DNA of 59,196 nt from Chitinophagales bacterium. Lineage in GTDB: Bacteria > Bacteroidota > Bacteroidia > Chitinophagales > LD1. The position numbers and the translations under genes were made by a program. Shown one piece after another: positions 29,884 to 40,070 of this stretch (the stretch's first letter is position 1; each line of letters begins with the position of its first letter). Under the pieces are notes generated by a model that searched no databases, had not been told where the DNA came from, and was given only the letters and a program-made list of their open reading frames with translations. The stretch is taken from NCBI GenBank assembly GCA_025057415.1, contig JANWXI010000004.1:1-59196 (forward strand), written 5' to 3'.

Positions 29884-32800
29884 CTACCGCAGCAAAGTAA
29901 CACTGCCTTTGCGGATTGTTTTTTGCCCGTTCAGATAAGTTATCTCTGCTGTATAAGTATAAACACCCGGGTTTTGTGTTTCCCCTTTGTAGGTGCCATC
30001 CCATCCGCGATGTTGCGATTTCTGTGAGTCAAATACCACCTCTCCCCACCGGTTAAATACGAGCAACTGTACCGTGCTGATATTTTCACCATATACCATA
30101 AACAAATCGTTGTTTCCGTCTCCGTTAGGAGTAAAGGCATTGGGTATGAAAACGGGTGGCGGATCACCCACTTTGATGGTGGCTGAAGCAGATACCGTAC
30201 AACCTTCGTTGTACGTAACGGTGAGCGTATAAGTAGTAGTTACATATCCCTGCATAACCGTGTTCGCACAGTCGGTGCAGCTTAATCCAAGTGCCGGATA
30301 CCACATGTAACCCGATACCGCATCGTGCCCGTAACCGGAGATGACGCTGTGGAGGGTAATCTGCTCGCCCAACTGAATGAACGTGTCAGAAGGTACGATA
30401 TTTAACTGAAGCGGCGGGGGTTGATGAATGATTATAGTGGTATCAAACACACAACCGTTTTTGTTAGTGACTACTAAAACATGAGGTCCTGGTGCGAGGA
30501 AGTAAAAATCAGGTGATAGTTGATTGCCTTTATTGTCTAAATTGAAATAATAAGGTTGATTGAATGTAGAGAGGACTTGAATGTGTAAAGAACCGTCCTG
30601 ATATTGCTCACCGTAACAGGAAGTTGAGTCGGTGCTGAAGATAAAAGCATCCGGTGAAGGTAATGGTATGTTCACGGAGGCATTTGCAGTACATCCGTTG
30701 GCATCGGTCACCGATACTGTGTATGTAGCAGCGCTGAGTTGTTCAAAAAATCCGTTGCTGTTTAATTGCAGCAAAGAATTGTTTTGCAAAAGTGCGTATT
30801 GATATGGCGGCAAACCGTTGTTAACGGTGGTAGAAATAGTGCCATCGTTAGAGTAGGTGCATGAAACCGGAGTGGCACTGGGTATCACATTCAGCTCATC
30901 AGGTTCATTTATGGTAGCCAATGCAGTAATGCTGCATGCATTAGCATCCGTTACGGTAATTTGATAAATGGATGCGGACAATCCGCTGATGTAAGGTGTG
31001 GTGGCGCCATGGTTCCACTGGTATGTATATGGTTGTGTACCACCGGTGACGACTACGGTGGCTGTGCCGTTTTGGTAGCCGTAACATGTAATATCTGTTG
31101 TTTGGATGAATGCCTGTAACATGGTGGGTTGTGTAACTGTGGCAGATACGGTTGCTGTACAAGCGTTGGCATCGGTGGCAGTAACATAGTAAGTGCCTGC
31201 AGAAAGTGAGCTGGCTGCAGGGCCGGTTCCTCCGATGTTCCAGGTGAACTGTAAGGCGCCTGTGCCACCACTTGCATTTACACTCATACTTCCGTCATTT
31301 CCACCGTAGCAGGAAACGTGTTGCAATACAGGTTGGTCAAACACAATTGGTGCAGCAGCTGCTACAGATGCAGCGGCTGATGCTGTGCATCCCTTGCTGT
31401 CGGTAACGGTTAACTGGTACGAGCCCGGAAGTATGTTGTAGATGCTCTGTGAATTTTGACCTGTGCTCCACATAAATGAATAAACGGGTGTTCCACCGGT
31501 GGTTATTGAAATAACTGAAGCATCCTGGTATCCGTAACAGGTTTGGTTTTGCGCTGTGAGGTTGACTTCTAATGGCGCTGATGGCTGCGTAATGTTGATG
31601 TTGGCGGTGATGGAACAGTTGTTAGCGTCTGACAGGGTTACAGAATATGTCCCAGCAATAAGATTTGAAATTTGCGGTGTTTGTGCGCCGTTGTTCCACA
31701 AGAAAGAGTAAGGGATAGTTCCTCCTGAGCCGGTTACACTGGCAATTCCGGTAGCAGCGCCATGACAGTTAACATTCGTGATTTGTGTGGTTAATGCGAG
31801 AGCTGGCGGTTCGTTTATTGTAAATGAGGTTTCGGCTGTACAACCCTTGGCATCAGTAACCGTAACCGTGTATGTGCCTGCAGGGAGTTGATTAGGTGAC
31901 AATGCCGCCAGATTGTTATTCCAGTTGTATTGGGTAATGGCGTTGCTTCCGCTGGCTGAGAAATTTACGATTCCATCATTACCGCCATGGCAGGATACGT
32001 GTTGAACAATGTTTTGGGTGAAAACAATTGGAGCAGCCGCGGTTACCTGTGCAGATGCAGAGGCGGTGCAACCCAGCGCATCGCTTATTGTTACAGCATA
32101 AGTTCCCGGCGGTACATTGGTTAAATCGGGAGTTGTGGCGTTATTGCTCCATTGATAAGTGATGGGGTTGGTGCCGGCAGTAATTTGGGTGGTAACGGAG
32201 CCATCATTCACCCCATGGCAAGTTTGTGGGGTAGCTTGAATGTTCAGACCTATGTTGCCCACAATCACCCTTACCGAATCTCTTGCAACGCACCCTCCGC
32301 TGCTCACCTCAACTACATACGTTGTGGGATTTGGAGGATTTGCCTGGGGATTGAGAACAGATGTATTACTAAGTCCGTTTGCCGGTGACCAGTTGTATGT
32401 GAATGGATTGTTTCCAACCTGATTGCCGCTGACCGTGGCTTGAATTGTAACAGGCGCGCCGGAACATGAGGTGATATCCGGCCCGGCGTTTACGCTGAAT
32501 GGTGGAGAAATGACAGTAACAATAGCAGAGTCATACCTCAGGCAATTTCCGATAGTAGCAGAACAACGGTAAACGGTGGTAGATGTAGGTGTCGCTATGG
32601 GATTATAAATATTGGCAGCGCTCAAGGTAGAGGCAGGAGACCAATTGTATGTTGATGCCAGAGAGCCAGTGAGCTGCACGGACTGTCCGGCACAAATAGT
32701 CGTATCGGGGCCTACGATGAAGGGGAGTGAGTCAACAATTATCAGCACAGCACTATCGTAAGGGAGGTTGTTACAAGGGCTGTTAAGGTATAGGATGATA

Positions 32801-33822
32801 GATTCGTTGGTTTCCACTATGCCATCGGAAAAAGCAGTGATGGGGATGGTGGCGGTGGTTTGCCCTGCCGGTATTGTAATTGTGCCGTTTAATTGATTGT
32901 AATCCACGCCATTGGTAGCTGTACCACCGATTGTGTAATTCACATTAATGGGATGTGAAACGGGATATTGAAGGCGAAAGCGGAACAATCCGTTAACGCA
33001 ACCCTCCATGGCATTTACGGTGTTGGGTACATCTGTTTCTGCATCGTCTAGCGAAACAAAGTTGGAAGTCAAACTATTTTCTGCCAGAAAAACTCCTGAG
33101 TCATAGATGCCGTCACCAGCATCAGCAATCACCAGTCGTAAGTGGTATGTTTGGCAGGGTTGCAGGTTTTTGCGTTTTGCAGTCAAAACCGTGGTAAAGC
33201 CGTCGTATTGAATGTAATAGTTACTGGTATTTTGCGGCGGTGTAAATCCGGTGCCGTTGTTTACATAGTACTGAGAATTTACCATGTTATTTACATTATC
33301 AATCGTAACCGGCATGGCTGTGCCGGGAATGAGCGCTATGTTTTGTTGCCCGATTATGCCCGGACCGCTGATGTAAAAAGCAAAGGCATCGTTAAAGGAT
33401 GAATTTACCCATTCTAAGTATTCTTCGGAGCCAAATACATATTTAAATTCAACACTATCGCTTTGTACCTGAAAATCAAACTCAAGCATACAGGCATCAA
33501 AAGTGGTGCTGCCTGCCAGATTATTAAGTGGGTTATAGCCGGGCGCCATGTTATCAACTCCTGCTGAGCCAGAGTTATTCGGACCCTGGGCAATAGCTAC
33601 ATCGCCACTGGTTAGCAAAATGCCGGATGAGATGCCTACGTTGCAGTTTTGGCATACAAATGTGCCGGCGCTCAAGCCCGGGCAATTGATAGTGGGGTTT
33701 AATATTGTGACACCCGGACCTGCGAGTATCTGTGCCAACTGGTTAGCATTATTGAGAGGCGTAGTGATGAGTTGCGCCTGCGCAAAGGTTATTGACAAAA
33801 TCAATGCGATGAATACTCGCAT
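29884..33822 (-). CDS. Large T9SS type-B cargo: choice-of-anchor L-like N-domain, Calx-beta-like domain, SprB-type repeats, gliding-motility CTD
   Basis: Signal peptide; FGSEEY...FNDAF...YDSGVFL; repeated C.G..DG...GGT.PY.Y.W..G...GTY.VTVTDA.GC; C-terminal IPNAFTPNGDG.ND...FNRWG...WDG...GSVTLLR. Confidence 0.92.
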   Translation of the reverse strand: MRVFIALILSITFAQAQLITTPLNNANQLAQILAGPGVTILNPTINCPGLSAGTFVCQNCNVGISSGILLTSGDVAIAQGPNNSGSAGVDNMAPGYNPLNNLAGSTTFDACMLEFDFQVQSDSVEFKYVFGSEEYLEWVNSSFNDAFAFYISGPGIIGQQNIALIPGTAMPVTIDNVNNMVNSQYYVNNGTGFTPPQNTSNYYIQYDGFTTVLTAKRKNLQPCQTYHLRLVIADAGDGIYDSGVFLAENSLTSNFVSLDDAETDVPNTVNAMEGCVNGLFRFRLQYPVSHPINVNYTIGGTATNGVDYNQLNGTITIPAGQTTATIPITAFSDGIVETNESIILYLNSPCNNLPYDSAVLIIVDSLPFIVGPDTTICAGQSVQLTGSLASTYNWSPASTLSAANIYNPIATPTSTTVYRCSATIGNCLRYDSAIVTVISPPFSVNAGPDITSCSGAPVTIQATVSGNQVGNNPFTYNWSPANGLSNTSVLNPQANPPNPTTYVVEVSSGGCVARDSVRVIVGNIGLNIQATPQTCHGVNDGSVTTQITAGTNPITYQWSNNATTPDLTNVPPGTYAVTISDALGCTASASAQVTAAAPIVFTQNIVQHVSCHGGNDGIVNFSASGSNAITQYNWNNNLAALSPNQLPAGTYTVTVTDAKGCTAETSFTINEPPALALTTQITNVNCHGAATGIASVTGSGGTIPYSFLWNNGAQTPQISNLIAGTYSVTLSDANNCSITANINITQPSAPLEVNLTAQNQTCYGYQDASVISITTGGTPVYSFMWSTGQNSQSIYNILPGSYQLTVTDSKGCTASAAASVAAAAPIVFDQPVLQHVSCYGGNDGSMSVNASGGTGALQFTWNIGGTGPAASSLSAGTYYVTATDANACTATVSATVTQPTMLQAFIQTTDITCYGYQNGTATVVVTGGTQPYTYQWNHGATTPYISGLSASIYQITVTDANACSITALATINEPDELNVIPSATPVSCTYSNDGTISTTVNNGLPPYQYALLQNNSLLQLNSNGFFEQLSAATYTVSVTDANGCTANASVNIPLPSPDAFIFSTDSTSCYGEQYQDGSLHIQVLSTFNQPYYFNLDNKGNQLSPDFYFLAPGPHVLVVTNKNGCVFDTTIIIHQPPPLQLNIVPSDTFIQLGEQITLHSVISGYGHDAVSGYMWYPALGLSCTDCANTVMQGYVTTTYTLTVTYNEGCTVSASATIKVGDPPPVFIPNAFTPNGDGNNDLFMVYGENISTVQLLVFNRWGEVVFDSQKSQHRGWDGTYKGETQNPGVYTYTAEITYLNGQKTIRKGSVTLLR

Positions 33823-34071
33823 GACTATGTTTTAAACTTACATCTTCCAAGATTAAAATTATCATTTTTTTTTGAAAGAAAAAAATATAATCAACCCGGT
33901 TTATGACAAATGTTGGTAATGAGTTCAAACGGTGGAAGTGCGATTATCTGCTGCGATTGAAGGTGGCGCATGATTTTTGTCATTATTGTATGGACGGTAA
34001 GGTGTGCGCCCGGGCGTAAGATGTGGTTGCAAAGAGAATTTGAGTTGGTACAAGGCGTTTAGATGGGCCGG

Positions 34072-35646
34072 TTAGGTTGATAAGCGTTTAAATAAAGACG
34101 TAAATTTCATCACTTCGTTGAGGTTGCTTACTTTGATTTTCCCCATCATGAACATCATTTGCGGGTTGGCGCGGCCTAATTCCAAATCTTCGTAATCAGT
34201 AGCGGCGGCGCTAATTACACACGATGCTTCGCCATGAAGGCCATCCTGAACCGTTACGGAGCCGTTGAGAAGGGTTACGGTGAATTCACCGCCGGTGTTG
34301 CCGGAGAGTTTGAAGTGAAATACGGAACGATCTTCTGGCTTTACTTTATCGGTTTTGAGGCGTGCCGGTAAGCTGTAAATGATTTCGCGTGCTGTTTGGG
34401 GCTTGCCGTTTGATTGCGCGGCGGCCGGCGCCGTATGCGGTGTATCGGAAGCGGTTTGCCTGTCGGCTTCTTTCATGTTTTTGTATGCACTCTCGTAGTT
34501 AACACCGTCTATCACCATTTTGGCAATAATCTCTTTCATGATTTCGGTTGTACCGCCCACAATGGTGCCTACACGGGCATCGCGGTAGGCGCGTTCGATG
34601 GGGTATTCCTGCATGTATCCGTAACCACCGAACATTTGCAAACACTCATCGGCAATGGTTTTACCCAGCTCGGTAGCTTTCATTTTGGCGATGGAGCACT
34701 CTTTGACGGCAAATACGCCGCGTGCAAATAAATCGCAGCAGTGATAAACGTACTGCTTGGTAATTTCCAGCTCGCTGATGAGGTCTACCATGCGGTGGCG
34801 AAGCACCTGAAACTTGTTGAGAGGTTTATTGAAGGCGTGGCGTTCTCTCATGTACTGCTGCGTAACGCGGATTTTTTCTTCTGCACCGGCAACAGCCAGA
34901 ATGCCGGCTATGAGGCGCTCCAGTTGAAAACTTTCCATAATGTAAAAGAAACCCTGCCCTTCGCGGCCTACGAGATTTTGGACGGGCACTTTTACATTAT
35001 CGAAGAACAATTCGGCTGTGTCGCTGCTGCGCCAACCCATTTTTTTCAGTTTGGTTTTGGTGAAGCCGGGCAAGCCCTGGTCCACCACAATCAAACTGAT
35101 GCCGGCAACACCGGCATCGGGGTCGGTTTTGCAGGCAACGGTGACAAAGTTGCCATAGTAGCCGTTGGTGATGAAGGTTTTGTTGCCATTGAGGATGTAG
35201 TAGTCACCCTCGCGGCGTGCCGTACAGCGGAGGTTGGCAACATCGCTGCCCGCTCCGGGCTCGCTGATGGCTATACTGCCCACGTATTCGCCCTTTACGG
35301 AGGGTACAAGGTATTTTTGTTTCAGGTATTCGCTGCCTGCCAACAGAATATGGTTGGTGGCCATGTATTGGTGAACACTCACGGCAGCCGCCAGGCCGGC
35401 AAAGCCGGCGCGTGCCAGCTCTTCGAGGTAAACCACTGAGTACCAAAAGTCGTTGTCGGTTCCGCCCACGCTTTCCGGGAAGTTGATGCCCAGAAAGCCG
35501 AGGTCGCCCATGCGTTTGAAAATTTGGCGGGGTATGCATTCGTTTTCTTCCCACTCGTTGATGTGGGGCACAACTTCTTTTTGCACGAAGTCGCGCACGG
35601 TTTGGCGGAAGAGTTCGTGCTCTTCGGTAAAATATCTGCTATACAT
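34072..35646 (-). CDS. Acyl-CoA dehydrogenase with C-terminal SCP2 sterol-carrier-like domain
   Basis: ISEPGAGSDV, NGNKTFITNG, QMFGGYGY, GGTTEIMKEII; linker, then FHFKLSG..GGEF...NPQMMFMMGKIKVSN. Confidence 0.92.
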   Translation of the reverse strand: MYSRYFTEEHELFRQTVRDFVQKEVVPHINEWEENECIPRQIFKRMGDLGFLGINFPESVGGTDNDFWYSVVYLEELARAGFAGLAAAVSVHQYMATNHILLAGSEYLKQKYLVPSVKGEYVGSIAISEPGAGSDVANLRCTARREGDYYILNGNKTFITNGYYGNFVTVACKTDPDAGVAGISLIVVDQGLPGFTKTKLKKMGWRSSDTAELFFDNVKVPVQNLVGREGQGFFYIMESFQLERLIAGILAVAGAEEKIRVTQQYMRERHAFNKPLNKFQVLRHRMVDLISELEITKQYVYHCCDLFARGVFAVKECSIAKMKATELGKTIADECLQMFGGYGYMQEYPIERAYRDARVGTIVGGTTEIMKEIIAKMVIDGVNYESAYKNMKEADRQTASDTPHTAPAAAQSNGKPQTAREIIYSLPARLKTDKVKPEDRSVFHFKLSGNTGGEFTVTLLNGSVTVQDGLHGEASCVISAAATDYEDLELGRANPQMMFMMGKIKVSNLNEVMKFTSLFKRLST

Positions 35647-35657
35647 GCTGGTGAGGG

Positions 35658-35930
35658 TTAGTTTTCGATGGTGGCTTGTATGCCGCGTTCTGTGATGGCG
35701 TCTTTCATGGGTTTGAGTACATCGTATGGTCCGTGTTTTACGGCATAGCGCCCTTTATAGTGCACAATGTAGGCACACTGCTCGGCCTGTTCGTAAGTAT
35801 GTTTACAGACCTCTACGAGGGTTTTGATGACCCAGTCAAATGTGTTCACTTCATCATTGTGCAGGATTAACTTTGAAGGGGTATCGGTGATTTGGTCTGT
35901 TTGTTCTTTCCACTCGGTTTGGTGTGCCAT
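35658..35930 (-). CDS. clpS: ATP-dependent Clp protease adaptor ClpS
   Basis: LILHNDEVNTFDWVI...EQAEQCAYIVHYKG. Start set at MAHQTE. Confidence 0.93.
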   Translation of the reverse strand: MAHQTEWKEQTDQITDTPSKLILHNDEVNTFDWVIKTLVEVCKHTYEQAEQCAYIVHYKGRYAVKHGPYDVLKPMKDAITERGIQATIEN

Positions 35931-36073
35931 GCGGAATGTTTTATGCGTTACGAAGGAAAAGATTTTTTCTTGAAACTTCAAACAGTTGTTTGAATTTATT
36001 GTTTGCGGCTGTCAGCGCCGCGCCGGCAAGTTGGAGCTGAGGTAGGTTAAATCATCAAGTAAAGCGCTCCATC

Positions 36074-36244
36074 GGGTGAGGGATGCGGAGGGCGCGAACC
36101 CCGCCCGCTGCAGGAGGGCGGGGTGAAGCGGCCACGCCCGTACCCTTGAATAATTAAAAACTTACGGGCGGGGCGGGAGCGAAGCGCACCCCGTAGCAAG
36201 CCCGACCCCGCTGCCTTGCAACGCTTGGCAGCGGGGGCACCCCC
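36074..36244 (+). repeat. Structured dispersed repeat, copy 5 (carries an extra 9-bp hairpin)
   Basis: GGGTGAGGGATGCGGAGGGCGCGA...GGGGGCACCCCC; ACCCCGCCC/GGGCGGGGT at 36098-36124. Confidence 0.93.
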
Positions 36245-36439
36245 TAATAAGAAAAAATGGTGAAGTGACTGGCAGGGTTGCGCGGAAAATGCCGGGGATA
36301 TTTCGTATATGGAGTTAGCAGCCGCAGCGGTGTGGGTTGAAAATATGTGGATGTTTACGTATCTGCCGGCGCAATTAAATAACAGATTAACTATTGCATA
36401 ACAAATACTATGATACATTTGCGGGATAAAGGAATAGCT

Positions 36440-38200
36440 ATGATAAGGATGCTTTACACACTCCTGCTCGTGCTGAGTACAGCGGCCGGGCATGCGCAAT
36501 GTACAGATTTGTTTTTTTCGGAATATGTAGAGGGCTCCAGTAACAACAAGGCGCTCGAGATTTACAATGCATCGGGCAGCACGATAGACCTGACGGGTTA
36601 CCGGGTGCAGTTGTATTCAAACGGGAACACCAACCCTACATCAACGTTTAATCTGAGTGGTAATTTAGCAGCGGGGGCTACGTATGTAATCTGCAACAGT
36701 TCGGCTGCAGCATATATTAAAAGTTTAGCTGATACGACTTCGGGTGTTACGAATTTTAATGGCAATGATGCTATTGTGTTGCTTAAAGGCAACGACACGC
36801 TGGATGTGATAGGGATAGTGGGTAACGACCCAGGCAGCGGTGGTTGGGCTGTTGGCACAGGCAGTACCACTGATAAAACACTGGTGCGTTCCGACACGGT
36901 GAAGCTCGGTACGAAAGATTGGAGTATAGGCGCTACGCAATGGTTGGTGTTGCCGAAAGATACCATTATGCTGAAGCAACATACCATGCAACCATGCCCG
37001 CCTTCTGTGGCTTTTGGTTTAACGAGCGATGCCGTAAACGAGAGCGCCGGCACATACTCCATATCCATTACGCTGAATACACCGGCCACTATCTCTTACA
37101 CCGTAGATGTGAAGCTGACAGGCGGTACCGGTGACGCGTCAGACATAGGCATGTTTACCGGAGCGCAGGTAACTTTTGGACCCGGGGATGTTACCAAAAC
37201 CGTTTCGATAAACATTACAGATGACAATATACAGGAACCTGCAGAGACCTTGATTTTCACGCTGCAGAATCCGTCATCGGGTTTACTGATAGGAGCTAAC
37301 GCTACGTTTACCCTTACGATTGCCGCCAGTGATGTGCCGGTGGTGAAGTACAATATTTCACAAATTACCGGGCTGGATGCCGATTTTAAACCTGACTCAC
37401 TGGGCGCTAAAGTAGTGGTAACGGGTACGGTTATCGGTATAGATTACCGCGCCAATGGGTTGGAATTTTTTATTCATGACGGAACCGATGGCATACAGGT
37501 GTTTTCGCCAAGCAATACGTTTGGCTACACGGTAAACGAGGGGGATTCGGTGCAGGTGGAAGGAGAGGTGAGTTTCTTTAACGGAGTTACGCAGATAGCG
37601 TTTTTGGATACTGTGTTTAAAGTAGGTACGGGCGCAGTGCCTGCACCCGCGGTAGTGCAGGATTTAGACGAAAACACCGAAGCGGAGCTAATACGGCTGA
37701 ACTATGTTAATTTGGTGAATCCTTCACAATGGACCGGCTCAGGCGCCAATGGGTTTAACTGCAGCATCACAGACGGGCAAAAAACCTGGACTTTGCGCAT
37801 TGATGAACAGTGTGCGTTGTATTCGCAGCCGGCGCCTCAGGGCAAGTTTCATGTCATCGGCATCGGTAGTCAATTTGATGCTACTTCGCCTTATGATGGC
37901 GGCTACCAGATTTTGCCCCGTTATGTAACGGACATCATCCTGGTAACAGGCACGGATGACATGGAAAAACTTCAGGTGAGTGTTTTCCCCAACCCCGGTC
38001 GCGACAAATTTTATCTGTTTGCTGCCACAGCCGGTGAAACGCAAGTGCTGGTTACGGACATAACCGGCAAAACAATTCATAGGAGTACTTTCTACGGAGC
38101 TCAACACACGTTGGCGCTGGAGAATGCGGCGCCCGGGTGGTATATGGTTGAATTGTTACAAAACGGCAAATACTACCGCACGAAATTGCTCGTGCAGTAA
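36440..38200 (+). CDS. T9SS type-A cargo with lamin-tail-like, Calx-beta-like and OB-fold-like domains
   Basis: Signal peptide; DLFFSEYVEGSSNNKALEIYN (ExeM-type N-domain); GDSVQVEG; YQILPR; C-terminal VFPNP...PGWYMV...KLLVQ. Confidence 0.85.
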   Translation: MIRMLYTLLLVLSTAAGHAQCTDLFFSEYVEGSSNNKALEIYNASGSTIDLTGYRVQLYSNGNTNPTSTFNLSGNLAAGATYVICNSSAAAYIKSLADTTSGVTNFNGNDAIVLLKGNDTLDVIGIVGNDPGSGGWAVGTGSTTDKTLVRSDTVKLGTKDWSIGATQWLVLPKDTIMLKQHTMQPCPPSVAFGLTSDAVNESAGTYSISITLNTPATISYTVDVKLTGGTGDASDIGMFTGAQVTFGPGDVTKTVSINITDDNIQEPAETLIFTLQNPSSGLLIGANATFTLTIAASDVPVVKYNISQITGLDADFKPDSLGAKVVVTGTVIGIDYRANGLEFFIHDGTDGIQVFSPSNTFGYTVNEGDSVQVEGEVSFFNGVTQIAFLDTVFKVGTGAVPAPAVVQDLDENTEAELIRLNYVNLVNPSQWTGSGANGFNCSITDGQKTWTLRIDEQCALYSQPAPQGKFHVIGIGSQFDATSPYDGGYQILPRYVTDIILVTGTDDMEKLQVSVFPNPGRDKFYLFAATAGETQVLVTDITGKTIHRSTFYGAQHTLALENAAPGWYMVELLQNGKYYRTKLLVQ

Positions 38201-38311
38201 CGCTTTGCAATACATGCGCTGCATCCGTACATGCGGGTGCGGCTTTTCTTTTTATGATGCGTTGGGGACAAACCTGCCCGCTCTGTGCTCTGCCGGGGCA
38301 GATTCAGATGG

Positions 38312-39184
38312 CTATGCAAACACCGACACAGTAAATTTGCAGTTGAACCTTTCACCTGCAGGTAATTGCATTACGCCTTCTTTATTTGACAGTTCTCCGT
38401 CATCATTGATTGCTGAGGCACAACCCAGCCAGGGCTCTATACATACATAAGGGGCGTTAACCTTTGCCCACAAGCCGAGGTAGTGGAAGTCGTGAAAATC
38501 TACCCGGAGGTAACGGGAGTGGTGGCGGCAACGGATGCATACGCTACGGGATTTCAGGTCTTTGAATATGATGGCGTCATCGGCAAACATGTGGGGCAGA
38601 AGGGGTAGCGTGGCCGCATTATGCAAAACCCATTCTTTACGTCCGTCAAAATACCCTTCAGCATTGATATAGTGACGCTCAACGTGCTCTGTTTTTTCAA
38701 ACTCCAGGTAGTAATCACTGTAATGTTCACCGGAAGAAAACGGCACGGCAAAAGCGGGATGGCCGCCAATTTGAAAATACATGGTTTCGTTGCCGGCGTT
38801 GATGACCTCCATTGATTGGATGAGTGTGTTTTCGCGAAGAGAATAGGCGCAGAGTAGTTCAAAGCGGTAGGGGTATAAGCGGAGTGTTTCAGCATTTGCG
38901 CGGAGGACAAAAACCATTTTTTGCCCGCTCAACTCCAGCAGGGTAAAATCTGATTTACGCGCAAAGCCGTGTTTTTCCATCGGGTAAAGTTTACCGTTTA
39001 TGCGCAGTTGGTCGTGGAGGGTACGCCCTACAATCGGGAAAAGTATGGGAGCGTGCCAGCCCCAGAAATTTTTATCGGCTTGCCAAAGGTGCTCAGTGCC
39101 GGTTTTTTTGTGAAAGATGGATATTAATTCGGCACCGTAGTTACGGGCTTTTACGCGGAGGTGTTCATTTTCGATTTGATGCAT
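38312..39184 (-). CDS. Aldose 1-epimerase family protein (LacX-like)
   Basis: GAELIS, WQAD..FWG.HAPILFPIVG, HGFAR, GGHPAF, YVCIEPW. Confidence 0.92.
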   Translation of the reverse strand: MHQIENEHLRVKARNYGAELISIFHKKTGTEHLWQADKNFWGWHAPILFPIVGRTLHDQLRINGKLYPMEKHGFARKSDFTLLELSGQKMVFVLRANAETLRLYPYRFELLCAYSLRENTLIQSMEVINAGNETMYFQIGGHPAFAVPFSSGEHYSDYYLEFEKTEHVERHYINAEGYFDGRKEWVLHNAATLPLLPHMFADDAIIFKDLKSRSVCIRCRHHSRYLRVDFHDFHYLGLWAKVNAPYVCIEPWLGCASAINDDGELSNKEGVMQLPAGERFNCKFTVSVFA

Positions 39185-39308
39185 GTAAGTGAGTAGTTTA
39201 ATAGTAGCAACAATTTTACTGGTTTGTTTCGGATTATCACATCACCTGACAAAACGTTACCGGCAAACTGTAAAATATGTGTATTTGTTGTATCATTGCG
39301 ATGGGGTA

Positions 39309-40067
39309 ATGAAAAAGACACTCAAATACATGAAACTTCTTTTGTTTTTATGCGCAATTACTATGTGTGTACCCGGTTCTGCCCAGATTTGCGAAATTGA
39401 TACAAACAATTTTCAAATGATTACACCTGATGCCGATGAATTGCCCTGTGTAGAGAGAGGTAAGCCGTATAACACCGTGATGCAATTCTTTTGCCCGCCT
39501 CAGGTAGGGGGGATTACCATTGACTCCGTAGAGGTAACCTCTTTTCAAAATTTACCCAACGGTATTCTTTATACCTGTAATCCTCCCGTTTGTAAAATGT
39601 ACCCATGGGATAGGGCATGTTTAGCCATACACGGAGTTACTAACGACACGGTGGGTGTCTATGCCATCAAATATTACGGATATGTTTATACAAGCTCCGG
39701 CACCGCGTCCTTTTCGTATTTGCAAAATCAGGGGTTATTGCCCAATTATTATTTAAGGGTTGTGGAGCCGGGCGATACCACCTGCCCCGAGTTAAACACG
39801 GTTGCCCTGCCCCGTGCAACTGCAGAAAACCCCTTAGTGGTTTATCCAAATCCGGCAGAGGATTATTTTCATGTGTATTTAACAGGTAGCTTTCCCGCTC
39901 AAATCAACTTATATGACCCAATAGGTAATTTGGTGAAAAACATTACAACGCAGGCAGAAAATAATGCTGTGCGCGTGGAGGTTGATTCGTTACCCTGTGG
40001 CGTGTATGTACTTTGCATAAAGATACAAGATACATTACGCACCAAAACTGTTTTTGTACAACATTAG
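39309..40067 (+). CDS. Hypothetical T9SS type-A cargo protein
   Basis: Signal peptide and C-terminal VYPNPA...GVYVL.I...KTVFVQH. Start 39309 or 39330. Confidence 0.8.
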   Translation: MKKTLKYMKLLLFLCAITMCVPGSAQICEIDTNNFQMITPDADELPCVERGKPYNTVMQFFCPPQVGGITIDSVEVTSFQNLPNGILYTCNPPVCKMYPWDRACLAIHGVTNDTVGVYAIKYYGYVYTSSGTASFSYLQNQGLLPNYYLRVVEPGDTTCPELNTVALPRATAENPLVVYPNPAEDYFHVYLTGSFPAQINLYDPIGNLVKNITTQAENNAVRVEVDSLPCGVYVLCIKIQDTLRTKTVFVQH

Positions 40068-40070
40068 AAC

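Noticed and set aside
30600-32700. Internal repeats in the 1312-aa gene as possible DGR or tandem DNA repeat
   Set aside because: They are degenerate protein-level SprB-type repeats. I saw no near-identical TR/VR pair and no reverse transcriptase.
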